In this document: positions 57,646 to 64,000 of the stretch, piece by piece
Numbering within the stretch: position 1 is the stretch's first letter
Layout: each line of letters opens with the position of its first letter
Assembly (NCBI GenBank): GCA_041649155.1
Contig: JBAZNP010000001.1
Location: forward strand, 302,564 to 366,563
DNA from: Patescibacteria group bacterium
GTDB lineage: Bacteria > Patescibacteriota > UBA1384 > XYA2-FULL-43-10 > 1-14-0-10-43-13
Direction of reading: 5' to 3'
DNA: 64,000 nt
Notes under the pieces: generated by a model
Database searches by the model: none
What the model saw: only the letters and a program-made list of their open reading frames with translations
What the model was told of the DNA's origin: nothing
Translations under genes and position numbers: made by a program

Positions 57646-57670
57646 CTAATCATGTAGGTTTGTTAAAAAA

Positions 57671-58627
57671 ATGGCAAATAATGTAGGTAGCACACAATCG
57701 AATATCAAAATTGCAGGCATAAAAGACGGTATTGTTTTTTTGGAAGACGGAGGTTACCGCGTAATCTTGTCATGTTCAACGGTTAATTTTGCTCTTAAAA
57801 GCGAACAGGAACAAAATTCATTGGTTTTCCAATATCAGAGCTTTCTGAATTCACTCCATTTTCCTATTCAAATTGTTATGCAGTCAAAGAAACTCGATTT
57901 AACGCCCTATCTTCAGAAAGTAAATAACTTAAAAGAGAAACAAACGAATGAACTGATCAAAATGCAAGCTACTGACTACATTGATTTCGTAGGCAATTTG
58001 ATTAATGTAGCGAATATTATGAAGAAGAATTTCTATGTGGTCATCCCCTACCAGCCACTTTCTCTCACTAAAGGATCAATGTTTGACAAGATATTTAAAA
58101 AACCGGCAGCAGGCCCACTCCGAGTCTCCGAAGAAGAACTTAAACGGCACAAAGAAGAATTGGTGCAAAGAGCCAATACAGTCGCTATGGGATTAGGAAG
58201 CATGGGCATACAGTGTGTTCAATTAAATACCGAGGAAATTATTGAATTGTTTTATAAGATATATAATCCGGAGATTTCAGGAAAAGAAAGATTGGGAGAC
58301 ACCGACAAATTGACCTCATCATTTATTACAAATGAGAAGGGCCAGCAAGCAGAAGAGCAAAAAACAGAGGAAACCGTGATTGATAATACAGCAATCGTGC
58401 AACAAAAACAGAAGCAAGATTCGCAAATTGCGCACAGACAAGATCTAAATCAGAATACAGATAACGCCGCATCCGACAAAGTCGAAGCAGGCGTCCCTGC
58501 TTCCGCAGAGCGGAATGCGGGACAAACAGCAGATAGTAGTAATCAGGGCACAGCCGCACTAACTCCAGTAAATCCACCAGCACAGGCAGAACAAACCAAC
58601 CAAACTGGGAATGGATTTGGAGCATAA
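57671..58627 (+). CDS. VirB4 N-terminal-domain-like protein with a ~100-aa disordered Q/E/T/N-rich tail (encoded separately from VirB4)
   Basis: IKDGIVFLEDGGYRVILSCSTVNFALKSEQEQNSLVFQYQSFLNSLHFPIQIVMQSKKLDLTPYL resembles the first ~150 aa of long Gram-positive VirB4 proteins (Tn916 Orf16/TcpF type). Confidence 0.45.
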   Translation: MANNVGSTQSNIKIAGIKDGIVFLEDGGYRVILSCSTVNFALKSEQEQNSLVFQYQSFLNSLHFPIQIVMQSKKLDLTPYLQKVNNLKEKQTNELIKMQATDYIDFVGNLINVANIMKKNFYVVIPYQPLSLTKGSMFDKIFKKPAAGPLRVSEEELKRHKEELVQRANTVAMGLGSMGIQCVQLNTEEIIELFYKIYNPEISGKERLGDTDKLTSSFITNEKGQQAEEQKTEETVIDNTAIVQQKQKQDSQIAHRQDLNQNTDNAASDKVEAGVPASAERNAGQTADSSNQGTAALTPVNPPAQAEQTNQTGNGFGA

Positions 58628-58742
58628 CATAATCAATAATTCCAAAATCCTAATGACTAATTACAAATAAAATGTCAAATGATTTAATGTCAAAAAACTC
58701 AGTAATTTGAAATTAGGATTTAGAAATTAGCAAATAATCAAG

Positions 58743-60566
58743 GTGAATATGGCAGACTTAGACAACAACACACAAAATACCTCTTCTGATCCTCGAGCCA
58801 TCGCTCAGGCAAATATAAAAAGCCGGGAAAACATGGCTGCTTTAGGCGTTTCTCCGGAAGAATTAGCCAAAGGCACTTCATCAATAAGAGATATCATCGC
58901 TCCGGCAGCTTTTGCCATTAACTCAAACTTTCTCCAAATAGGATCATTATTCACAAAAACCCTATTTGTTTTTACTTACCCCAGATACATTGAAACAAAT
59001 TGGCTTTCTCCTATTATTAATTACGACATAACGATTGATATGGGAATGTATATTCATCCGCTCGAATCAAAAGATGTAATGATGGACTTAAAGAAACAGG
59101 TCGGTAAGATCGAGTCGTCCATGATGATTGGACAAGAAAAAGGAGCTCCAAGGGATCCAGAAATGGAGACTGCATTAGGGGACGTGGAAGCTTTAAGAGA
59201 TGTTCTTCAACGAGGGGAAGTAAGACTTTTTCAATTCGGCCTATATTTTACGGTGTATGCCACCTCTCAAGAAGAGCTTAAGACCATTACCGAACAACTT
59301 GAATCAACATTGGGTGGTCTTTTAATTTACACAAAAGAAGCACTGTTCCAAATGGAGCAAGGGTTTACTTCCACTCTGCCCTTAATGATGGATGAGCTTA
59401 ACGTTTTGCGAAATTTTGATACTGGCTCTCTGTCCTCCACTTTCCCCTTCACCTCGACAGAATTAACTCAAGATGACGGAATTCTTTACGGAATAAACAG
59501 GCATAATAATTCGCTTATCATTTTTGACCGGTTTAACCTTGAAAACGCAAATGCAGTAGTCTTTGCTAAATCCGGCTCAGGTAAATCTTATTTTGTAAAA
59601 CTTGAAGCACTTAGATATTTAATGCTTGGAACCGATGTGATTGTAATTGATCCTGAGAATGAGTATAAAGCTCTCTCAGAAGCAGTCGGCGGAAGTTATC
59701 TTGAAATATCGCTAAATTCAGATAAAAGAATAAATCCTTTTGATTTGCCGGTCGGATCAGAAGAATCAGGCGAAGATGTCTTAAGATCAACAATCGCCTC
59801 TCTGCATGGCCTGATCAATTTGATGGTTGGAGGTTTAAATCCGGAAGAGGATGCTGTAATAGATAAAACCTTGTATGAAACATATGCCCTAAAAGACATT
59901 ACTACCGATCCGGAAAGCCAGAAAAATGAGCCGCCGTTAATGCAGGACTTTTACAATGTCTTATCAAATATGGCAGGAACAGAATCACTTCGGGCAAGAC
60001 TGTCGAAATATGTGGAAGGTACTTTTGCTTCGCTTTACAACCAAAAGACCAATTTTCAACTAAATCCTGGTTTCGTTGTTTTCTCTGTTCGCGATCTTGA
60101 GGAGCAGCTCAGGCCGGTAGCAATGTACACGATTTTGGATTACATTTGGACCAAAATACGAATGGACATGAAACAAAGAGTGATGATCATAGACGAGGCA
60201 TGGTGGATGATGCAATACGAAGATTCCGCCAAGTTCTTACATGGGCTTGCTAAAAGAGCAAGAAAGTATTACCTCGGCTTAACCATTATCAGTCAGGACG
60301 TGGAAGACTTTTTGGGAAGCAAATATGGCAAAGCAGTCGTGGCAAACTCTTCGATGCAGATTCTAATGAAGCAATCTACCGCATCAATTGACATTGTTTC
60401 CGAGGTATTTAATCTTACTGAAGGGGAAAAATATTTGCTTCTTGAATCAGATGTCGGAGAGGGCTTATTCTTTGCCGGCTTGAATCACGTGGCGATGAAA
60501 GTAGTGGCTTCATACACAGAAGACAAGATTATAAACACCGATCCGAGCAAAATGGTAGAAGGATAA
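58743..60566 (+). CDS. VirB4/TrsE/TraC-family type IV secretion ATPase
   Basis: Walker A FAKSGSGKSYF, Walker B VMIIDEAWWM, and the VirB4 N-domain pattern IRDIIAPAAF...FTKTLFVFTYPRYIETNWL. RBS AAGGTG. Confidence 0.8.
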   Translation: MNMADLDNNTQNTSSDPRAIAQANIKSRENMAALGVSPEELAKGTSSIRDIIAPAAFAINSNFLQIGSLFTKTLFVFTYPRYIETNWLSPIINYDITIDMGMYIHPLESKDVMMDLKKQVGKIESSMMIGQEKGAPRDPEMETALGDVEALRDVLQRGEVRLFQFGLYFTVYATSQEELKTITEQLESTLGGLLIYTKEALFQMEQGFTSTLPLMMDELNVLRNFDTGSLSSTFPFTSTELTQDDGILYGINRHNNSLIIFDRFNLENANAVVFAKSGSGKSYFVKLEALRYLMLGTDVIVIDPENEYKALSEAVGGSYLEISLNSDKRINPFDLPVGSEESGEDVLRSTIASLHGLINLMVGGLNPEEDAVIDKTLYETYALKDITTDPESQKNEPPLMQDFYNVLSNMAGTESLRARLSKYVEGTFASLYNQKTNFQLNPGFVVFSVRDLEEQLRPVAMYTILDYIWTKIRMDMKQRVMIIDEAWWMMQYEDSAKFLHGLAKRARKYYLGLTIISQDVEDFLGSKYGKAVVANSSMQILMKQSTASIDIVSEVFNLTEGEKYLLLESDVGEGLFFAGLNHVAMKVVASYTEDKIINTDPSKMVEG

Positions 60567-60572
60567 TTGGCA

Positions 60573-60647
60573 AGATAACAGCTGGACAGTTAGACAGTTT
60601 TACAGATAGCAGACCCACTGTTATCTGTCTAGCTGTATTCTGTATAC
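60573..60647. repeat. Family-C inverted repeat (AGATAACAGCTGGACAG ... ACTGTTATCTGTCTAGCTGTATTCTGTATAC) upstream of the M15 hydrolase gene
   Basis: Right arm near-identical to 43771-43800. Confidence 0.6.
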
Positions 60648-60658
60648 TTATTTAAAGG

Positions 60659-61831
60659 ATGGGGATGGATAAAAAAGACAGCAATATGAGCATTGCTAAA
60701 ACACTTACAGTCGCCAGTATTTTGTCTGTATTGGCGATAGTTGTGCTGGCAGTAAGCATCGCAGGGATGGGCTTTAAGGGCGAAGGAGAGCCTACGCCTT
60801 ATGGTGATGATGGAATAAAAGCTGGCGCAGGAGGCTGCTACCTGAAAGATGAGGCTTTTACTGATATTGGAACAATAAAAAGTGTCGATGATGTTTTTTC
60901 CAAGATTGGCAGTAACTACTCAGCTTTAAATAACGACAAAAATAAAGAAAACCTTCAAAAAATAATTACCAGCTCAATAAATGCTGAAAACGGCACAAGC
61001 GTAAAAGGCATTAATCCTGCAATTTTAATTTCTTTTTATTACGGCGAACAAACCTTTGATCCAGATGATGATTACAAAGCATTCGGCTGCGGCCACTATT
61101 CAAAAGGAGCTAGTGACGCTGGTTTTGACAACCAACTAACTTGTGCCCTTCCCGCAATTAAAAAGGCCATAGAAAAAGATCCTGTTTACGACACACCTGC
61201 CGGCGAAAATACATGGACCCGTCTTCTTTATCATTATGTTGGGGGCGACAAAGATCACATAGTGGGCAAATATGCTTATGATGTTAAAAAACTAGGCTAT
61301 GTGTCAGATAGTAGCGAAGCTAGAATTCAGCTCTTAAATGATTTAGTGCCGGATCAAGTAACTTGCGAGGCCGCAGCAGGAAAAAGTATTTTCGCCAGCC
61401 TAGATCAAGTTCAAATGTATTTTGGTACGACCCCAGAGCAGATAAAAAAACACCTGGAAACAATGAATTTTATGGGACAGGATATAACTGTAAATGAAAT
61501 GATGGTGGATGATTTGAAAAACGTTGAGACAGCATTAAAGAAAATAAATTACAAGATAACCAGCATAGGGGCATATAATAATAGAGAAAATGTAAATAAC
61601 CCGGGGAATTCAAGTTCACATGCATTTGGATTAGCAATTGATATTAATCCCAGTGCAAATCCGAATGCGAAAAGGCCGACAGACAGTAAAGAACGAGATC
61701 CTTCTGCCTGCAAAACCGACATCCCTACGCAGGTAGTTAAAGCGTTTGAAGATAATAACTTTTTCTGGGGCGCAAAATTCAAGGACATTTGCGATCCAAT
61801 GCATTTCCAATATGGTGGAAACTGGCAATAA
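60659..61831 (+). CDS. Membrane-anchored peptidoglycan hydrolase, peptidase M15 (VanY/LAS) family
   Basis: N-terminal TM anchor. C-terminal zinc-ligand motifs SSHAFGLAIDINP and DPMHFQYGG. Confidence 0.7.
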   Translation: MGMDKKDSNMSIAKTLTVASILSVLAIVVLAVSIAGMGFKGEGEPTPYGDDGIKAGAGGCYLKDEAFTDIGTIKSVDDVFSKIGSNYSALNNDKNKENLQKIITSSINAENGTSVKGINPAILISFYYGEQTFDPDDDYKAFGCGHYSKGASDAGFDNQLTCALPAIKKAIEKDPVYDTPAGENTWTRLLYHYVGGDKDHIVGKYAYDVKKLGYVSDSSEARIQLLNDLVPDQVTCEAAAGKSIFASLDQVQMYFGTTPEQIKKHLETMNFMGQDITVNEMMVDDLKNVETALKKINYKITSIGAYNNRENVNNPGNSSSHAFGLAIDINPSANPNAKRPTDSKERDPSACKTDIPTQVVKAFEDNNFFWGAKFKDICDPMHFQYGGNWQ

Positions 61832-61850
61832 GGCAGGAAAACAAGCTGAA

Positions 61851-61870
61851 CCTGCCTGCCGGCAGGCAGG
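61851..61870. repeat. Perfect GC palindrome CCTGCCTGCC-GGCAGGCAGG after the M15 gene stop
   Basis: 20-bp perfect palindrome with no adjacent T-run. May be a terminator or another repeat unit. Confidence 0.4.
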
Positions 61871-61899
61871 GCTTGGGCAGCAAGCTAATCACATAATGC

Positions 61900-61997
61900 G
61901 TCATCCCAGACTGTGACTTGAGATCTGGGATCCAGTAGAGAATTCAACCTCACCTAGCCTCTCCTTCGAAAGGAGAGGAATTATATCAGAATGACAA
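61900..61997. repeat. Family-A composite element (~98 bp): GTCATCCCAGA...TCTGGGATCCAG, second hairpin CCTCTCCTT-CGAA-AGGAGAGG, then ...AGAATGAC
   Basis: Left unit near-identical to 36594-36621. Terminal GTCAT...ATGAC inverted ends. Confidence 0.65.
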
Positions 61998-62032
61998 TTG
62001 TCCCATAATTCATAATTCAAAATTCTAACCAT

Positions 62033-63280
62033 ATGAATGTTCATCTAAAAAAATTAACTTACAAAGTGTATATTGTCTCAGCGGTTATATTGATGGCAAT
62101 TGTTTTTGGAATTTGGGTTTTGACCAACTCATTTTTAAGCATCAAAGTATCACCTAGAGACGCATCTGTTTTCATTGACGGCGAACAAATAGAAGTAAAC
62201 AGTTTTGGCTTCGCCAAGGAGCGACTTTCTTTCGGCGAGCATCAAATAAAGATTGAACTGGACGGCTATGTTAGCATGATAAAATCAGTTATATTAAAAA
62301 GAGGAAGAACGAATAGTCAAAACATCACTCTTAAGACATTGCCAGCCACGGTAAAAATTGCAAATTTTGGCAGCTTTTTGACAAAAGGCGTTAATTCTGA
62401 TGAGTTTTTCTACCTTGGAAATGACGGAGGGGCAATTTTCAGAACAAAAATTCAGTTGAATGACAGCGGAATTGTAATTCCAACCAGCAATGCTATAACC
62501 AATTCAAATCTCTGGGGAATTAATGAAATAATCTGGTCGCCGAAGAAAGACTTAGCGCTCTTTAGAAAATCTGACGGCGTTTACTTGTTTGACTTCAAAA
62601 AATATGACTTTGTGAACCAGACGGAAACTTTGTGGGGCGAAAATGTCGGAAGCATTGCATGGGCGCCTGATGATTCCAAAATCGCCTATTACGCCTCAGA
62701 TGAAAAAACGCTCATTTTCTCTAACGCAGATAATTCGAGCAAAGAAAGAATTTTAAATCTTGAAAATATAGATATAACCAACCCAGTATTAAGATGGTCC
62801 CCTGATTCAGAATGGTTAGCCATAATCCCCAGAAATTCGAATAAAAATGACAATAAAATATACCTTTTAAATGCATATAGCAGAGTTATAAAACCGGTAA
62901 TCAACACTGGAAATAAACTGGATGTTACTTTTTCTCAAAATAATAAAATATTTTATTCCAGTTTAAGCCGCGGCACGCAAGGTTCTTCGACTATATCAAC
63001 CATAAACACAGATGGGACTGAGGATTCAGCTTTAAACCTTTACACCAATATAAATTGTATTTTAATGCTAGATCAGGGGGACAATATTTTAGCAGCTTCG
63101 CAAGACGGAGAAAGTCAAGAAGAGTCGATTTTCAAATTTAATATCAAAAATAACAAACAGGAAGATTTTTCAATCAAACTATCAGAAAACGAGTCAGTTA
63201 ATACGCTTTTGACCACAGTTGATGATAAAGTTGTAATTTACGAAACAGAAAGCGGAATTTACGCAGTAAATATAAATTAG
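62033..63280 (+). CDS. Membrane-anchored protein with PEGA-like domain and TolB-like beta-propeller repeats
   Basis: N-terminal TM helix. ISIKVSPRDASVFIDGEQ...GEHQIKIELDGYVS (PEGA-like). Repeated WSPD/WAPDD motifs as in TolB. Confidence 0.45.
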   Translation: MNVHLKKLTYKVYIVSAVILMAIVFGIWVLTNSFLSIKVSPRDASVFIDGEQIEVNSFGFAKERLSFGEHQIKIELDGYVSMIKSVILKRGRTNSQNITLKTLPATVKIANFGSFLTKGVNSDEFFYLGNDGGAIFRTKIQLNDSGIVIPTSNAITNSNLWGINEIIWSPKKDLALFRKSDGVYLFDFKKYDFVNQTETLWGENVGSIAWAPDDSKIAYYASDEKTLIFSNADNSSKERILNLENIDITNPVLRWSPDSEWLAIIPRNSNKNDNKIYLLNAYSRVIKPVINTGNKLDVTFSQNNKIFYSSLSRGTQGSSTISTINTDGTEDSALNLYTNINCILMLDQGDNILAASQDGESQEESIFKFNIKNNKQEDFSIKLSENESVNTLLTTVDDKVVIYETESGIYAVNIN

Positions 63281-63283
63281 TAA

Positions 63284-63416
63284 AAGATACAAGAAACAAG
63301 AAAGCAATGACCAAACAATATTCAATAATCAATCGTCAAAGACTCAAATGTTTGAATATTTTGAATTTGGATATTTGAGATTGTTTGTATCTTGTAACTT
63401 GTATCTTGTTTCTTAG
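63284..63416. repeat. Family-D element: inverted heptamer-iteron arrays around central TCAAATGTTTGA, no cargo
   Basis: AAGATAC AAGAAAC AAGAAAG ... TCAAATGTTTGA ... TGTATCT TGTAACT TGTATCT TGTTTCT. About 80% identical to 48140-48273. Confidence 0.7.
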
Positions 63417-63435
63417 TCAGCATGGGGAGGGGTAA

Positions 63436-64000
63436 TTGGCAGTAGGAGAGGAAAATAAAAAGAGAAAACTAGATATTGAGCAAAAACCGGATAGATTATC
63501 TGGCGGTTTTATAGGTGCCAAGCAAACCAATGATGGCTTCAAAAAAACATTGCCTGTTGATTCGCTGACTAAAAAATATACTGTTTCGGTCACAGAAAAA
63601 CACTTAATCGGCAAAGCGGGCGGATCTCAAAGGCCGTCTGCTCCCACAAACAGAAATGCTATTAAACAAGAGCTTTTAGACCAAGCGAAGAAAGACCTAC
63701 GACAAGCGCAGGGGTTATCTCGACAAAAACCAGAGGATGAATACGGAGGCGGACCAGCTCGAAGATCGTACCAATTGTCAAAGCAAGATCAAGACGGTTT
63801 TGCAGATAAAAATGATGAAATCTATTCTGATTTTGACGGTGAGAAACAGTCGCAGCAACGAAGAGATGGCCGTGCTCAAAACAATGGGCCGGTGAATGAT
63901 GATTCTCAAAAAAACCAACCCGAGGACGGGGATAATGATGACGGCTCCAAAGACGGCCCAAACATTAAAAACTCAATTGTAAACAGGGCAACTGATTATT
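63436..64000 (+). CDS. Partial (3'-truncated) hydrophilic low-complexity protein, possible TTG start
   Basis: Open frame to the window end, read by hand: LAVGEENKKRKLDIEQKPDRLSGGFIGAKQ.... GGGAGGGG lies 5 nt upstream of the TTG. The minus-strand track ORFs in this region look spurious. Confidence 0.3.
   Translation, partial: MAVGEENKKRKLDIEQKPDRLSGGFIGAKQTNDGFKKTLPVDSLTKKYTVSVTEKHLIGKAGGSQRPSAPTNRNAIKQELLDQAKKDLRQAQGLSRQKPEDEYGGGPARRSYQLSKQDQDGFADKNDEIYSDFDGEKQSQQRRDGRAQNNGPVNDDSQKNQPEDGDNDDGSKDGPNIKNSIVNRATDY

Noticed and set aside
57671-58627. Considered calling the VirB4 N-domain ORF a frameshifted pseudogene fragment of virB4.
   Set aside because: The ORF ends in a long, compositionally coherent low-complexity tail with a clean stop. 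The downstream virB4 has its own RBS and a complete N-domain of its own. This is more consistent with a separate, possibly duplicated, gene. Pseudogenisation cannot be excluded without read-level data, so the pseudogene option is noted rather than reported.
63417-63961. Minus-strand track ORFs 63417..63614 and 63662..63961.
   Set aside because: A longer open frame on the plus strand (from 63436 to the window end) has an upstream GGGAGGGG and runs off the window. The minus-strand ORFs are short, lack motifs and are likely antisense artefacts.
1048-64000. Scanned all intergenic gaps over 80 bp for tRNA, rRNA or tmRNA genes.
   Set aside because: No cloverleaf-compatible sequences with conserved GTTC/TPsiC-loop and anticodon-arm features were recognised by eye. 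The gaps are instead occupied by the riboswitch, terminators and repeat families. A dedicated tRNA scan would be needed to be certain.

Overview
This is an AT-rich window, roughly one-third GC by eye, with short, tightly packed and often overlapping genes. That pattern fits a small-genome bacterium of the CPR/Patescibacteria type, but the attribution is an inference from gene content, not a database result.

Contents from 5' to 3':

1. **metK with riboswitch (1..1212).** A 3'-truncated metK on the minus strand, preceded by a clear SAM-I riboswitch and an intrinsic terminator.

2. **Cell-surface glycan supercluster (~1.3–38 kb).** It carries GT2, GT4 and GT-C glycosyltransferases. It has a complete legionaminic-acid-like nonulosonic acid pathway: PseB/LegB-like dehydratase, DegT aminotransferase, LbH acetyltransferase, NeuC-like hydrolysing 2-epimerase, and a NeuA–NeuB fusion. 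This pathway sits next to a PseA/WbuX-type amidotransferase with HisH/HisF paralogues, which predicts an acetamidino modification. GDP-D-rhamnose genes (gmd plus an rmd-like reductase), a sugar C-methyltransferase, a Wzm/Wzt ABC exporter and rmlA–rmlC–rmlB–rmlD are also present. rmlD is separated from rmlB by an unknown gene and a GIY-YIG nuclease gene.

3. **Two GC-rich islands (~50–55% GC)** embedded in the glycan cluster: 18.3–19.6 kb, and 31.2–33.2 kb (HD, NUDIX and cupin genes bounded by terminators).

4. **Housekeeping and accessory genes (~38–48 kb).**
   - A Phd/YefM-domain protein with a long disordered tail, DedA and a RhuM–Doc/Fic fusion.
   - valS, tsaD and a small membrane protein.
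   - A FemAB-family gene and a Mur ligase.

5. **Candidate integrated island (~15 kb, 48.1–63.4 kb).** It is bounded by two copies of a ~135 bp inverted heptamer-iteron element. It encodes a tyrosine recombinase, PAP2 and UppP. It also encodes a minimal T4SS-like module: VirB4 ATPase, a VirB4 N-domain as a separate ORF, a VirB6/TcpH-like polytopic protein, a PrgI/VirB3-like protein, an M15 cell-wall hydrolase, and PEGA/Fn3/TolB-like exported proteins. No relaxase or VirD4 is visible.

6. **Dispersed short palindromic repeats.** The most striking feature is several MITE/RPE-like families. Copies are inserted in-frame into essential genes: valS (~47 aa), tsaD (~25 aa or more) and femAB. Two families each have a cargo version enclosing a small gene (GIY-YIG nuclease; four-helix-bundle protein). 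Two heptanucleotide tandem repeats lie inside coding regions (the integrase and femAB).

No rRNA, tRNA or CRISPR array was found.
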